Positions 36,982-46,660 of a stretch of DNA of 64,000 nt are shown here, piece after piece. Position 1 is the stretch's first letter. Every line of letters begins with the position of its first letter. Under the pieces are notes generated by a model, which did not search any database, was not told the origin of the DNA, and worked only from the letters and a program-made list of their open reading frames with translations. This DNA is from Candidatus Bathyarchaeia archaeon (GTDB taxonomy: Archaea; Thermoproteota; Bathyarchaeia; Bathyarchaeales; Bathycorpusculaceae), in the NCBI GenBank assembly GCA_050010755.1, contig JBEKKK010000004.1, forward strand, positions 96,001 through 160,000, in the 5' to 3' direction. The position numbers were made by a program, and so were the translations under genes.

Positions 36982-37566
36982 TCAAAACAGTTTCGTGCCG
37001 CTGATGGTCTCAACCAAGAAGAGAGCGCCAAACAGAATGAATATTAAAGCTGCACCTATCTTGATGTAACGTTCGGATATGTACCGAGAGACGATCGAGC
37101 CTAGAAGCGACTCGAGACATGTAAGCAAGGTCAGGGCGAGCATTACTCCCAAGAAAACCTGGAGAGGGGCGGCATATTCTGCGGATAAAGCTATTATCGC
37201 GAGCTGTGTCTTGTCGCCGAACTCTAGGGCGGCTATCATCAGGAACGACGTTGTTACGACTTTTGAGTGCTCTTTGACCTGTACAATACTCCGTTTCTTG
37301 GGGAGCAGTGTATAGATTCCGAAAATGATGAATGCGATGCCTGCCACCAGACTGATCCAAAATGCTGGAACGAAAGGAGCTATTGCTCCGCCTATCAATG
37401 CACAGACTCCGTCAATCAAGGCGAATGCCAACATGGCACCCAAGAAGACTGATCTCGGTCTGTGTTTGGCACTCAGGCTAATAATTGCAACCTGTGTCTT
37501 GTCGCCGAATTCGGCTAGCGCAACAATCGCGAACGAAGACAGCAGAGGAAGCAAATCTAATGGCAA
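36982..37566 (-). CDS. TMEM165/GDT1 (UPF0016) Ca2+/Mn2+ transporter
   Basis: Two copies of the family signature EFGDKTQ; about 6 TM segments. Confidence 0.92.
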   Translation of the reverse strand: MPLDLLPLLSSFAIVALAEFGDKTQVAIISLSAKHRPRSVFLGAMLAFALIDGVCALIGGAIAPFVPAFWISLVAGIAFIIFGIYTLLPKKRSIVQVKEHSKVVTTSFLMIAALEFGDKTQLAIIALSAEYAAPLQVFLGVMLALTLLTCLESLLGSIVSRYISERYIKIGAALIFILFGALFLVETISGTKLF

Positions 37567-37816
37567 AGATATAGCTCCGTTAACTCTGTTAATGTCTTGG
37601 TATCCTTACGGGTTCAAACGATATTTAAATGAGATGCGCCAAGAAACCCTTAGATTAACCAAAGCTGTGCTCTGTCTGCGTTCAGAAGAGCATGCTAATC
37701 ACGCTAAAGGTTTAAAATACTCTGTAGGTAAGCATGTTTAGGTAGGACTTGACTAGGCTGAGGTTCGACTGGCTGAAAAGGGCTTGAGAATTGGAAAATG
37801 GAGTGGAAAAGAAAAA

Positions 37817-38602
37817 ATGTGCGGTATATTTGGGTTTTATCTGAAGAAGACCTTGCCGCTGGCCAGAGTCTTCAGAATTCTGGAGAAGCTAGAAGTTCAT
37901 CAGTATCCTGAGGAACGGCTTCCGCTCGGAGGCTACGGGGCGGGTGTGGCTTTGCTTCTGGAGGACGGTAATATTCTGGTTGAAAAGGTCGGAAAGGTTG
38001 ATGGCTCTCCTGCAAGAAAGTTGCCAGAAATGGTGAAAGTTGCCAGAGCTTCTGTGTTGATTGGTCATGTGCGGATGCCCAGTCCAGAGTTTATTAAAAC
38101 TGCGGAGCACAAGGAAACTGCACAACCATATGTTGTTGAAAGGGAGCCGAACTTGACCGTTGCCTCAGTGCACAACGGAAAGATTGAGAATTACAAAGAG
38201 ATTAGAAAGGCGTTGGGCGGCGCGCACGTTTTTGAATCTGAAAGGTTTGAACTGGTGGACTCGGAGGTGATTCCTCACTTTTTCGAGGAGACCTTGAGCG
38301 AGAAAGAAGAGACCACGGAAGCCTTGTACTCCTTCTTCTGCGCTCTGGAGGGTTCAGGGGCGATAGCAATGCTGCAGTTGGGCGAAGAAGACTCGTTCCT
38401 TCATTTACTTCACAAGGGAAAGACGAGAGGATTGACCGTGTGGACGAACGACAAGAACGAGATCGTCTTCTGCACCAGAAAAGAGGTTTTAAGGAAAGAG
38501 CTCGGCAACGTGCTTTCAAGAGGCAAGTTCAAAGAGAAAGCTTCAATCGGATATAGAGAAGAAGCGGGACTCGTACTTTCGTATCCGCTCTCTTTGACGT
38601 GA
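37817..38602 (+). CDS. Stand-alone class II (Ntn) glutamine amidotransferase domain protein
   Basis: MCGIFG N-terminus, IGHVR, HNGKIENY, DSEVI. No SIS or synthase domain. Confidence 0.78.
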   Translation: MCGIFGFYLKKTLPLARVFRILEKLEVHQYPEERLPLGGYGAGVALLLEDGNILVEKVGKVDGSPARKLPEMVKVARASVLIGHVRMPSPEFIKTAEHKETAQPYVVEREPNLTVASVHNGKIENYKEIRKALGGAHVFESERFELVDSEVIPHFFEETLSEKEETTEALYSFFCALEGSGAIAMLQLGEEDSFLHLLHKGKTRGLTVWTNDKNEIVFCTRKEVLRKELGNVLSRGKFKEKASIGYREEAGLVLSYPLSLT

Positions 38603-38642
38603 AGAAAAAGGCCTGGCAAAATGCGTTCGTGGTCTGCGAGAT

Positions 38643-41552
38643 ATGCGTGAAGAATCTTCGGATTTCGGGGTTTTCAGTTTATTCGCAAAACCTGTGCGCT
38701 CCGCGGTGGCGGAATTGGGCTTTTCAGAACCCACCTTGCCTCAGAAGATGGCTGCTTCGCCCATTCTAGCCGGGGAGAATGTGCTTCTGCTTGCACCAAC
38801 TGGGAGTGGAAAAACCGAGGCGGTTCTTCTTCCCATCTTTTCCAAGCTTGTTCAGCAGACGCCGAGAAAGGGGATATCCGTAATCTATGTAACGCCTCTA
38901 AGGGCGTTGAATCGAGACCTTTTGAAGCGTTTATCGTTCTGGTCTGCCAAGCTCAGCATTTCAATCGAGGTCAGGCATGGAGACACCGAGTTGAAGCTCA
39001 GGAGGAGGCAGGCTATCTTTCCTCCGGACATGCTCGTCACGACTCCTGAGACTCTTCAAGCGATTCTTCCAGGCTCGCGCATGAGACAACACTTGCGAGG
39101 CGTGCAATACGTCGTGGTGGACGAGGTGCACGAACTCGCTTCCAGCAAACGTGGCGTTCAGCTTGCGGTCGCGCTGGAGAGGCTGCGCCAAGTTGCCAAT
39201 AAAGAGTTTCAGAGGATCGGCTTGTCAGCCACGGTGGGGAATCCGGACGAAGTCGCACAGTTTCTCGCCGGAACGGAGAGAAGCGTCAGAATAGTGGAAG
39301 CCGTATTGGCAAAGAGCTACCGCTATCACGTCGAGAACCCGGTTCCCGTTGAGGCTGATTATGACTTGGCAAGGACGCTCAACACGTCGCCCGAAGCGGC
39401 TGCGAGGATTAGACGTATTAGGGAGCTCGTCGACAGCCACGAGTCAACCCTGATTTTTGTCAACAGCAGAACCATTGCCGAGATGCTGGGTTTCAAGTTC
39501 AATCAGCTCGGGCGAAAAGACATTGCCGTGCATCACGGTTCCCTGTCGAGGGAGGAACGCTCACAGATTGAAGATCAATTTAAAACCGGCATTCTGAAGG
39601 CAATTGTTTGCACGAGCACTCTGGAGCTGGGAATCGACATAGGCCAGGTTGACCTTGTCATACAGTATCTCTCGCCGAGGCAAGTTAGCAGCTTAATTCA
39701 GAGAGTGGGACGCAGTGGCCATCGTTTAGACATGTTATCCGAAGGTGTCATCATCACGGCTTATCCAGATGACACTCTCGAATCTGTCGCGGCGATCAGA
39801 AATGCCCAGGCGGGCAGGCTTGAACCTGTTCTCATACAAGAAAACGCTTTGGATGTCCTTGCACATCAGATCGTTGGAGTTTTGATGGACAGGGCAGAAC
39901 TGAGCTTGAAAGAGTTTCTGGCTCTGATGCGGCAATCCTACCCGTACCGAAAGCTCACGAAGAACGCCCTGTGGGACGTAATATGCTTTTTAGAACGCCT
40001 GGGAGAAGTAAGGATAGACCAGGAAGGCAAGGGTTTGAGGAAGGGAAGAAACAGCCGAAGATACTACTACGAGAACCTGTCAATGATTCCTGACGAAAAG
40101 CGCTACCCGATTGTCAACGTGATTTCTGATAGGAAAATCGGCAGCTTGGGCGACGAGTTTATGGCTTTGAAAGCTCGCGTGGGCTTGAACTTCATCGTTA
40201 AGGGTCAAGTCTGGCGAATAGTCCAGATTGAAGAGGAAACTGGAACGGTCTATGTCGTTCCTTCGGAAGATCCGCTGGCCGCCGTTCCAGGATGGGACGG
40301 TGAGATGCTGCCCGTTCCGTTCGACCTTGCCAGGGAGACTGGACAGCTCCGAGAAAACATTGCGAGAGCGCTGAAAGAAACTGGAAAAGCTGAGGCCGCG
40401 GCAGAGGAGCTCGCGGAAAAGTTTGTAACGGACAAGTCTGCGCTGTTGAGCACCGTCCAAGAGGTTGAAGAGCACCTCAAGCAGGGGGCGCCGTTACCGA
40501 CTGACAGGCACATCGTTGTTGAAGGCTTTGACAAGTTTCTGATTGTTCACGCGTGTTTTGGCGAGATGGTGAATCGCACGCTGGGAAGCATATTCGACTC
40601 CGTTCTTTCTGAAAGAGAAGTCATCGTGGGATGGTGGAACGATGGTTACCACATATTAATTGAGACGCCGAGGAAATTGACGCGGCAAGAAGTTGAGAAC
40701 ACGAGTGCATGCCTGTTCAACCTCACGAGCAAAGAGGCAGATCAGGCTTTTCAAGCGTATTTGGATTCGAAGTTTCCGTTTTCGTACAAGATGAAGTTCG
40801 TCGCTGAGCGGTTCGGAGCTCTCCCACGTGGGAAGACGATGAGCTACGAAAGGATGAGTCAACTGCGCCAAAGATTCATGAACACGCCCATCCTCGATGA
40901 AACGCTGCGCGAAGCCATGATTGAGAAAGTGGACATAAGAAAGGCCAAAGAGATCATGCGCGACGTGCGAAACGGAAAAATCAAGGTCAGCACAGTCTTC
41001 AGCCAAGAAAAGCCCACACCGCTGGCATATCACATGCTTGCCAAGTTTTCCGACATGTCGGAACTGATGGCCCCCGAAACACTGCTGATAACCAACATAG
41101 ACAAAATGAAAATGGCGATTGGAGCCAGAAAAGCCTCTTTATTGTGCATGTCTTGCGGCCAATGGGCCGAGGAAAACAAAATCAGAGATCTCGGAGAACA
41201 GCCCGTGTGTCGAAAATGCGGTTCCAAACTCTTGGCACCCTTATATCCGAGTCAAGACGCGGAACACGTGTACGAAGTGTTGAAGAGAAGACGCGAGGGC
41301 AAAGAAGTGTCCGAGGAAGAACTCAAAGAACTGACTCTGGCGAGACGCACGGCGGACTTGGTGCTGAGCTACGGAAAAAAAGCGGTAATGGCATTAGAAG
41401 TGAAAGGAGTAGGTCCTGAAACAGCCTCAAGAATTCTTGGAAAAATGCACCCCAAAGACGACGATTTCTTCATGGACCTCCTGAAAGCGAAAATCCTCTA
41501 CCTCAGAACAAGAGAATTCTGGAAGGGCAGAGAAGAACGAAGAACAGGCTAG
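38643..41552 (+). CDS. lhr: Lhr-family ATP-dependent helicase
   Basis: APTGSGKT, PLRALNRD, RHGDT, TTPETLQ, DEVHEL...RG, GLSAT, HHGSLS, TSTLELGID, QRVGRSGH; C-terminal CxxC..CxxC and GVGP HhH. Confidence 0.93.
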   Translation: MREESSDFGVFSLFAKPVRSAVAELGFSEPTLPQKMAASPILAGENVLLLAPTGSGKTEAVLLPIFSKLVQQTPRKGISVIYVTPLRALNRDLLKRLSFWSAKLSISIEVRHGDTELKLRRRQAIFPPDMLVTTPETLQAILPGSRMRQHLRGVQYVVVDEVHELASSKRGVQLAVALERLRQVANKEFQRIGLSATVGNPDEVAQFLAGTERSVRIVEAVLAKSYRYHVENPVPVEADYDLARTLNTSPEAAARIRRIRELVDSHESTLIFVNSRTIAEMLGFKFNQLGRKDIAVHHGSLSREERSQIEDQFKTGILKAIVCTSTLELGIDIGQVDLVIQYLSPRQVSSLIQRVGRSGHRLDMLSEGVIITAYPDDTLESVAAIRNAQAGRLEPVLIQENALDVLAHQIVGVLMDRAELSLKEFLALMRQSYPYRKLTKNALWDVICFLERLGEVRIDQEGKGLRKGRNSRRYYYENLSMIPDEKRYPIVNVISDRKIGSLGDEFMALKARVGLNFIVKGQVWRIVQIEEETGTVYVVPSEDPLAAVPGWDGEMLPVPFDLARETGQLRENIARALKETGKAEAAAEELAEKFVTDKSALLSTVQEVEEHLKQGAPLPTDRHIVVEGFDKFLIVHACFGEMVNRTLGSIFDSVLSEREVIVGWWNDGYHILIETPRKLTRQEVENTSACLFNLTSKEADQAFQAYLDSKFPFSYKMKFVAERFGALPRGKTMSYERMSQLRQRFMNTPILDETLREAMIEKVDIRKAKEIMRDVRNGKIKVSTVFSQEKPTPLAYHMLAKFSDMSELMAPETLLITNIDKMKMAIGARKASLLCMSCGQWAEENKIRDLGEQPVCRKCGSKLLAPLYPSQDAEHVYEVLKRRREGKEVSEEELKELTLARRTADLVLSYGKKAVMALEVKGVGPETASRILGKMHPKDDDFFMDLLKAKILYLRTREFWKGREERRTG

Positions 41553-41785
41553 ACCGACTCGAGCGGCTGCCTTTGAGATTATTTAGACCTGCGGGCAAGT
41601 GATTAACGACGTATAGAATAGTTCAAGCTCTTGTCGCGCGCAGCGAAAATAGACGTAGAAGTTATTGTGTGTGGGGGTGAAGTTTTATCCCACCCACACA
41701 AGCGTGTGCATGCCTAGTGTAAAACCGCAGTTACAAATGTTTATTAACCGCGCGGTGTTAACCTATCATTGGAAAAGAGATCGTT

Positions 41786-41965
41786 ATGGTTAGGAATTTG
41801 AAAGTCATTAGCATTCAGACTGTCAATGGAGAAAAACATTATGTTGTTCGCAGTCTCAAAAGAAATGAAAATCCAGTCAACAGTGAAGATTTTGATGGGG
41901 CTGATATCAGAAGAACCATGAGAAAAGAAGCCTCTGAGCCGCTTCTTCTATTGCGCGCAGAATAA
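41786..41965 (+). CDS. Putative small protein, 59 aa (not in ORF track)
   Basis: MVRNLKVISIQTVNGEKHYVVRSLKRNE...LRAE; TATA-like TTTATTAA at about 41739; occupies an otherwise empty intergenic gap. Confidence 0.45.
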   Translation: MVRNLKVISIQTVNGEKHYVVRSLKRNENPVNSEDFDGADIRRTMRKEASEPLLLLRAE

Positions 41966-42110
41966 AACCATCACAGCCTAGTTCAGACAAAAATCTGAAG
42001 TTCTAGCGCTCGCTTTGCCGCCTCCGGTTAATATGTGGAGCTATGTATCGGCCAGCCGCTTAGAAGATGAGGGACGCCCAACTGAACGAAGTAGCCTGGA
42101 TGGCTTGGGA

Positions 42111-44615
42111 CTATTTTTGTTCTTTCCTCTTTAGCATATTCTCCAAGAGCGGTCGCATCTTGGCGTTTTCTGCTTGTATCTTCTCCTTGCCTAGAGCTTG
42201 CATTTGCGAGGTTATTTCTTTCACGACTTCTGCGAACTTGATGCCTTCGGCCGCTGAGACGTATTCTACGCGAAGTCTCTCCGGGCTCATGCCGAGTTTC
42301 TGCAGCATCGGGGCCAACGCGTCCATTCGGGCCTTCATCTTGTAGTTTCCGCTGATGTAGTGGCAGTCGTAGGGTAGGTGGCAGGCACCGACCATGACCA
42401 TGCCTGCGCCCAGCCTGAATGCTTCAAGGACAAAGTCTCGATCGACTCTTCCTGAGCACATGACTCTGATGGGTCTTATTACAGAGGGATATTCGAATCT
42501 GCTCGTGCCGGCGAGGTCGGCGCCGGCGTAGCTGCACCAGTTGCAGAGGAACGCCAGTATCTTGCCCTCCGCGTTTGTTTCCAGCGCCGCTCTTATCTGG
42601 GACATTATCTGCGCGTCCGTGAAGTGTTTCTGAGTTATCGCGTCAGCCGGGCATTCGGCGACGCATGTGCCGCAGCCGTGACACATTGCGCTCATCGTCT
42701 GTGCAACTTGGCCCTCGGGTGCAGTGATGGCGCTGTAGGGGCAGGCTTTGGCGCAAAGGCCGCATTTCACTTTGGTGTTGCGGCATTTTGCTGGGTCAAC
42801 CACTGCCACGATGGGCTGGATTTTGTAAGTAGGTTTGGAGAGGATTGTTGATGCTCTTGCCGCCGTTCCCATGCCTTGAGAAACGCTGTAGGGTACGTCT
42901 TTTGGTCCTTGGCATCCTCCCGCGACGAAGACTCCGTCTGACGGCGTGTCTATGGGTTTCAGCTTGGGGTGACTTTCCATGAAGAAGCCGTCGCTTCCGC
43001 GGCTGATGTTGAAAACCCTTGCAACTTCTTCCGAACCTTGACTCGGCAGGGCGGCTGTCGCCAACACGACCATGTCGCTTTCGACTTCGACGGGTGTGCC
43101 GTCTTCTTTTTCTGCACACACTGCGAGTTTCTTTGTTTTCGGGTTTTCGCTCACGTTTCTGTTGGTCAGTTTGACGCGAATGAAGTTGATGCCCAGTTGC
43201 TGGGCCTTCCTGAACAGTTCCTCGTAGCCTTTTCTGTTGGCACGCATGTCCGTGTACAACACGTTGATTTTCAGTTTGTCGCGGTATTTTTCTTTGAGGA
43301 ATACGGCGCTCTTAAGTGTGAGCATGCAGCAGAAGCCTGAGCAGTATTCGTACTTGTTCACGTCCCTGGAACCCACGCACTGAATGTATGTGATGCTCTC
43401 GGGCGTCTTGCCGTCCGAAGGTTTCCGCAGTTCTCCAAGGATCTGGGTGTTTGTGTCTATTATTCTCTCAAGCTGCAATGCTGTTATGACATCCTTGTAC
43501 TTGCCGAAGCCGTAGTTCGGTAGGTCGTAAGGCTCATAAATGTCGTATCCCGTGGCGACGACCATGCAGCCGACTTCGAGCTTCTCCTCTAAGGGCTCCT
43601 GCGTGAAGTTCACGGCGCCTTCGGGACAGATTTCTTGACATTTCTTGCAGCTTCCGTCCTTGAAGTAAAGGCAAGTTTCCTTGTCGATTGTGTACGTGTT
43701 TGGTGTGGCATAGGCGAATGGTAGGTAGATGGCCTTGCGTTTTCTCATTCCGGCGTCAAACTTGTTCAGTGTTTCAACGGGACAGACTTCGGCGCACTTG
43801 CCGCAGCTTGTGCACTTGTTCTCGTCAACGAACCGCGGCCTTCTCGTGATGTTGGCCTTGTAGCTTCCTATTACGCCTTCAACGTGTTTGACGTCGGTGT
43901 ACGCGAGCAGCTTGATATTCGGGTGAACGGCCACGGCTCCGATTCTCGTGGCCACGCATGAAAACCTTGGGCAGTGAATCTGCTGCGGACAGTTTGAACA
44001 CTCGAAGACTGGAAAGCTCTTTCCTAGCTGAGCCATGTGACCGCCTATTATTTCGGCTCGGTCTACCAGGTAGACTTGATAACCCATTTCTGCAAGGTCG
44101 AGCGCTGAGCTCGCGCCTGCGACTCCTGCGCCAACGACCAACGCCTTGTTGGTAACTGGAACCTCTATGACGTCCAGTGGTTCAAGGAGTCTTACTTTCG
44201 CGACCGCCATCTTTACGAGTTCTTTGGCTTTTTCAGTCGCCTCTTTGGGAGCGTTTTGATGGCACCAGGAAGCAAACTCGCGGATGTTGGCCATTTCATA
44301 CACGAAGGCGTTCAGCCCAGCTTCGGACACGGTCCTGCGAAAGGTAGGTTCGTGCATTCTAGGCGAGCATGCGGCAACCACAACGCGGTTCAGTTTGTAT
44401 TCTCTGATGCCTTTTCGAATTTCCTCCTGGCCTGGATCGGCACAAGTGTAACGGTTCGTCTTAACATAGACGACGTTCGGGAGTTTGCGGGCGTATTCAG
44501 CCACTTCTTCAACGTCCACGGTGCCAGCGATGTTGAGCCCGCAGTAACAAACGTAGACGCCTATGCGAGGCTCTTCTGCCTTTGCCGGGACGGCTGTGCT
44601 AGTTTGCCCGCTCAA
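42111..44615 (-). CDS. hdrA: HdrA-family flavoprotein fused to MvhD
   Basis: RIGVYVCYCG.NIA, ACSPR.HE.TF, ANIRE, GAGVAG FAD motif, ferredoxin inserts, QCVGSRD...CS..CCM..LK, C-terminal MvhD (FLCNWCSYAGADLAG...RVMCSGRVD...GACH..DCHY). TTG 44615 overlaps the upstream TGA. Confidence 0.92.
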   Translation of the reverse strand: MSGQTSTAVPAKAEEPRIGVYVCYCGLNIAGTVDVEEVAEYARKLPNVVYVKTNRYTCADPGQEEIRKGIREYKLNRVVVAACSPRMHEPTFRRTVSEAGLNAFVYEMANIREFASWCHQNAPKEATEKAKELVKMAVAKVRLLEPLDVIEVPVTNKALVVGAGVAGASSALDLAEMGYQVYLVDRAEIIGGHMAQLGKSFPVFECSNCPQQIHCPRFSCVATRIGAVAVHPNIKLLAYTDVKHVEGVIGSYKANITRRPRFVDENKCTSCGKCAEVCPVETLNKFDAGMRKRKAIYLPFAYATPNTYTIDKETCLYFKDGSCKKCQEICPEGAVNFTQEPLEEKLEVGCMVVATGYDIYEPYDLPNYGFGKYKDVITALQLERIIDTNTQILGELRKPSDGKTPESITYIQCVGSRDVNKYEYCSGFCCMLTLKSAVFLKEKYRDKLKINVLYTDMRANRKGYEELFRKAQQLGINFIRVKLTNRNVSENPKTKKLAVCAEKEDGTPVEVESDMVVLATAALPSQGSEEVARVFNISRGSDGFFMESHPKLKPIDTPSDGVFVAGGCQGPKDVPYSVSQGMGTAARASTILSKPTYKIQPIVAVVDPAKCRNTKVKCGLCAKACPYSAITAPEGQVAQTMSAMCHGCGTCVAECPADAITQKHFTDAQIMSQIRAALETNAEGKILAFLCNWCSYAGADLAGTSRFEYPSVIRPIRVMCSGRVDRDFVLEAFRLGAGMVMVGACHLPYDCHYISGNYKMKARMDALAPMLQKLGMSPERLRVEYVSAAEGIKFAEVVKEITSQMQALGKEKIQAENAKMRPLLENMLKRKEQK

Positions 44616-46660
44616 GTTTTTCTCGACCCCTTCTTCATCACTGCCTGAATTTGGGCCACAATCTGGCAATCAGAATAGTTCGGCATGGTTACGGCGTCCA
44701 TTGGACAGGCGGAGCTGCAGATTCCGCAGCCTCGGCACAGACCTTCGGTGACCTTGGCAACGGATTTCTCCCCTTTTTTTTCAACTTTAATCGCGTGGTA
44801 GCCGCAGGCTGATTCGCAGACCCTGCAGCCGCTGCAAAGATCCTCGTTCACTCTTGCAACGAGTGGCTCAACCGGCCACGATTTCTTTCCCAGAACTGAA
44901 GCGGCTTGAGCCGCTGCGGCGCTTCCTTGAGCGACACTGTAGGGTATGTCTTTCAGGCCTTGGCATGCGCCCGCAAGGAATATGCCTGGCACCTCGGTGT
45001 CGGTTGGTCTTATCTTAGGCTGACATTCCTTGAAGAATCCGTCCTTGTCCAGGGGTATGTTGAGGATTTTTGCCAGTTCGGCCGTTGTCGGTGCCGGGAT
45101 GGCCGCGTTCGCGAGCACTACCATTTCTGCGTGTACGGAGACGGGTTTGCCGTCTTCGGTTTCGGCGCAGACTGTGAGGTTTTTGGTTTGCGGGTCTTCT
45201 GTTATTCTTCGGTTTTCAAGTTTGACTCTTATGAATTTGACTCCGGATTTCTGGGCCCTGTTGAAGAATTCTTCGTAGCCTTTGAAGTTGCTTCTCATGT
45301 CGTTGTACAAGACGTAGACGTCGATGGCGTCCCTGTACTTCTCCTTGAGCATGACCGAGTGTTTGAGAGTGTACATGCAGCAGAAGCCTGAGCAGTATTC
45401 GTATCTGTTGATGTCGCGAGAGCCTACGCATTGCATGAAGGCTACGGAGTGAGGTTTCTGTGCGTCTGATGCTCGAATCACCTTTCCGCCTGTTGGGCCA
45501 GCTGCGAGTATGAGCCTCTCGAACTCCATTGCGGTGAACACGTTCGAGAACTTGCCGTAGCCAGTCCACGTCAAGTCTTTGGGATCGTACATGCTGTAGC
45601 CAACGGTTACAACTATCGCGCCGACGTTGACGTCGATCTCTTCGGGCTTCTGGTCAAAGTTTATTGCCTCTCGGGCTCCGCAGGCGTCGACGCACTTGTA
45701 GCATTCGATGCAATAGTCGCGGTTAATAGTGTGCGTAAGCGGGACAGCTTGGCCGAACGGGATGGATATAGCCTTTCTCGCGCCAAGGTACAAGTCCGCA
45801 TAGTTGGGGTATTCTATTGGGCAGGCGTCTCTACATTCACCGCAGCCAGTGCAGTTTGCCGCAATGACGTAACGGGGGTTTTTGCGGATTTTGACGTTGA
45901 AGTTGCCGACGTATCCTTCGACTTTCAGCACGTCGGCGTAAGAGATTATTTCTATGTTGGGGTGTCTGCCGACGTCAACCATTTTGGGGCCTTCGATGCA
46001 TATGCTGCAGTCGAGTGTTGGAAACGTCTTGTCCAGCAGTGCCATGACTCCGCCTATGGTTTCCGTTTTTTCAACCATGTAGACCTTGAAGCCCATGTCG
46101 GCAAGGTCCAGAGCGGCGTTGATTCCCGCGATGCCTCCGCCGATAACCATGACCTTCTTTGTCATGGGCAGTTCTATGGGCTTCAACGGTTCGAGAAGTC
46201 TTGCTTTTGCAACGGCCATTCTTACAGTATCCTTTGCCTTCTGGTTTGCCTCTTCAGGCATGGTTTGGTTACAGTAGGATGTAAACTCTCGGATGTTCGC
46301 CATTTCAAAGAGCCATGGGTTTAGCTCTGCCCTAGACACGCAGCTTTGGAAGGTCGGTTCGTAGAGTCTCGGTGAACAACCGGCCACGACGACGCGGTCT
46401 AACTTGCTGTTCTTTATGGCGGCTACTATTTCGTCCTGGCCTTGACGGCTGCAGGGATAACTCATGCTCTCAGCGTGCACCACGTTGGGCAGGGTCTGGG
46501 CATACTTTGCTAGAGCGTCAACATCTATTATCGAGGCTATGTTAGAGCCGCACTGGCAGACAAAGACTCCGATTCTCGGGCTTTCCGTCTCGGGCCCGGC
46601 TTTCTTCTGTCTGGGCTTTGGTTTTTCTCTGGCAGTGCTCTTCATGGGTTTCTTAGACAT
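44612..46660 (-). CDS. hdrA: HdrA-family electron-bifurcating flavoprotein
   Basis: RIGVFVCQCG, GGGIAG, LDKTFPTLDCSICI, EFERL, QCVGSRD, CCMYTLK, GACQG.KDIP, C-terminal 2x[4Fe-4S]. Confidence 0.93.
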   Translation of the reverse strand: MSKKPMKSTAREKPKPRQKKAGPETESPRIGVFVCQCGSNIASIIDVDALAKYAQTLPNVVHAESMSYPCSRQGQDEIVAAIKNSKLDRVVVAGCSPRLYEPTFQSCVSRAELNPWLFEMANIREFTSYCNQTMPEEANQKAKDTVRMAVAKARLLEPLKPIELPMTKKVMVIGGGIAGINAALDLADMGFKVYMVEKTETIGGVMALLDKTFPTLDCSICIEGPKMVDVGRHPNIEIISYADVLKVEGYVGNFNVKIRKNPRYVIAANCTGCGECRDACPIEYPNYADLYLGARKAISIPFGQAVPLTHTINRDYCIECYKCVDACGAREAINFDQKPEEIDVNVGAIVVTVGYSMYDPKDLTWTGYGKFSNVFTAMEFERLILAAGPTGGKVIRASDAQKPHSVAFMQCVGSRDINRYEYCSGFCCMYTLKHSVMLKEKYRDAIDVYVLYNDMRSNFKGYEEFFNRAQKSGVKFIRVKLENRRITEDPQTKNLTVCAETEDGKPVSVHAEMVVLANAAIPAPTTAELAKILNIPLDKDGFFKECQPKIRPTDTEVPGIFLAGACQGLKDIPYSVAQGSAAAAQAASVLGKKSWPVEPLVARVNEDLCSGCRVCESACGYHAIKVEKKGEKSVAKVTEGLCRGCGICSSACPMDAVTMPNYSDCQIVAQIQAVMKKGSRKT

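Noticed and set aside
43326-45403. Identical 27-bp stretch GCAGCAGAAGCCTGAGCAGTATTCGTA in both hdrA genes as a mobile repeat
   Set aside because: It encodes the conserved YEYCSGFCC motif of paralogs, so duplication or local gene conversion explains it.
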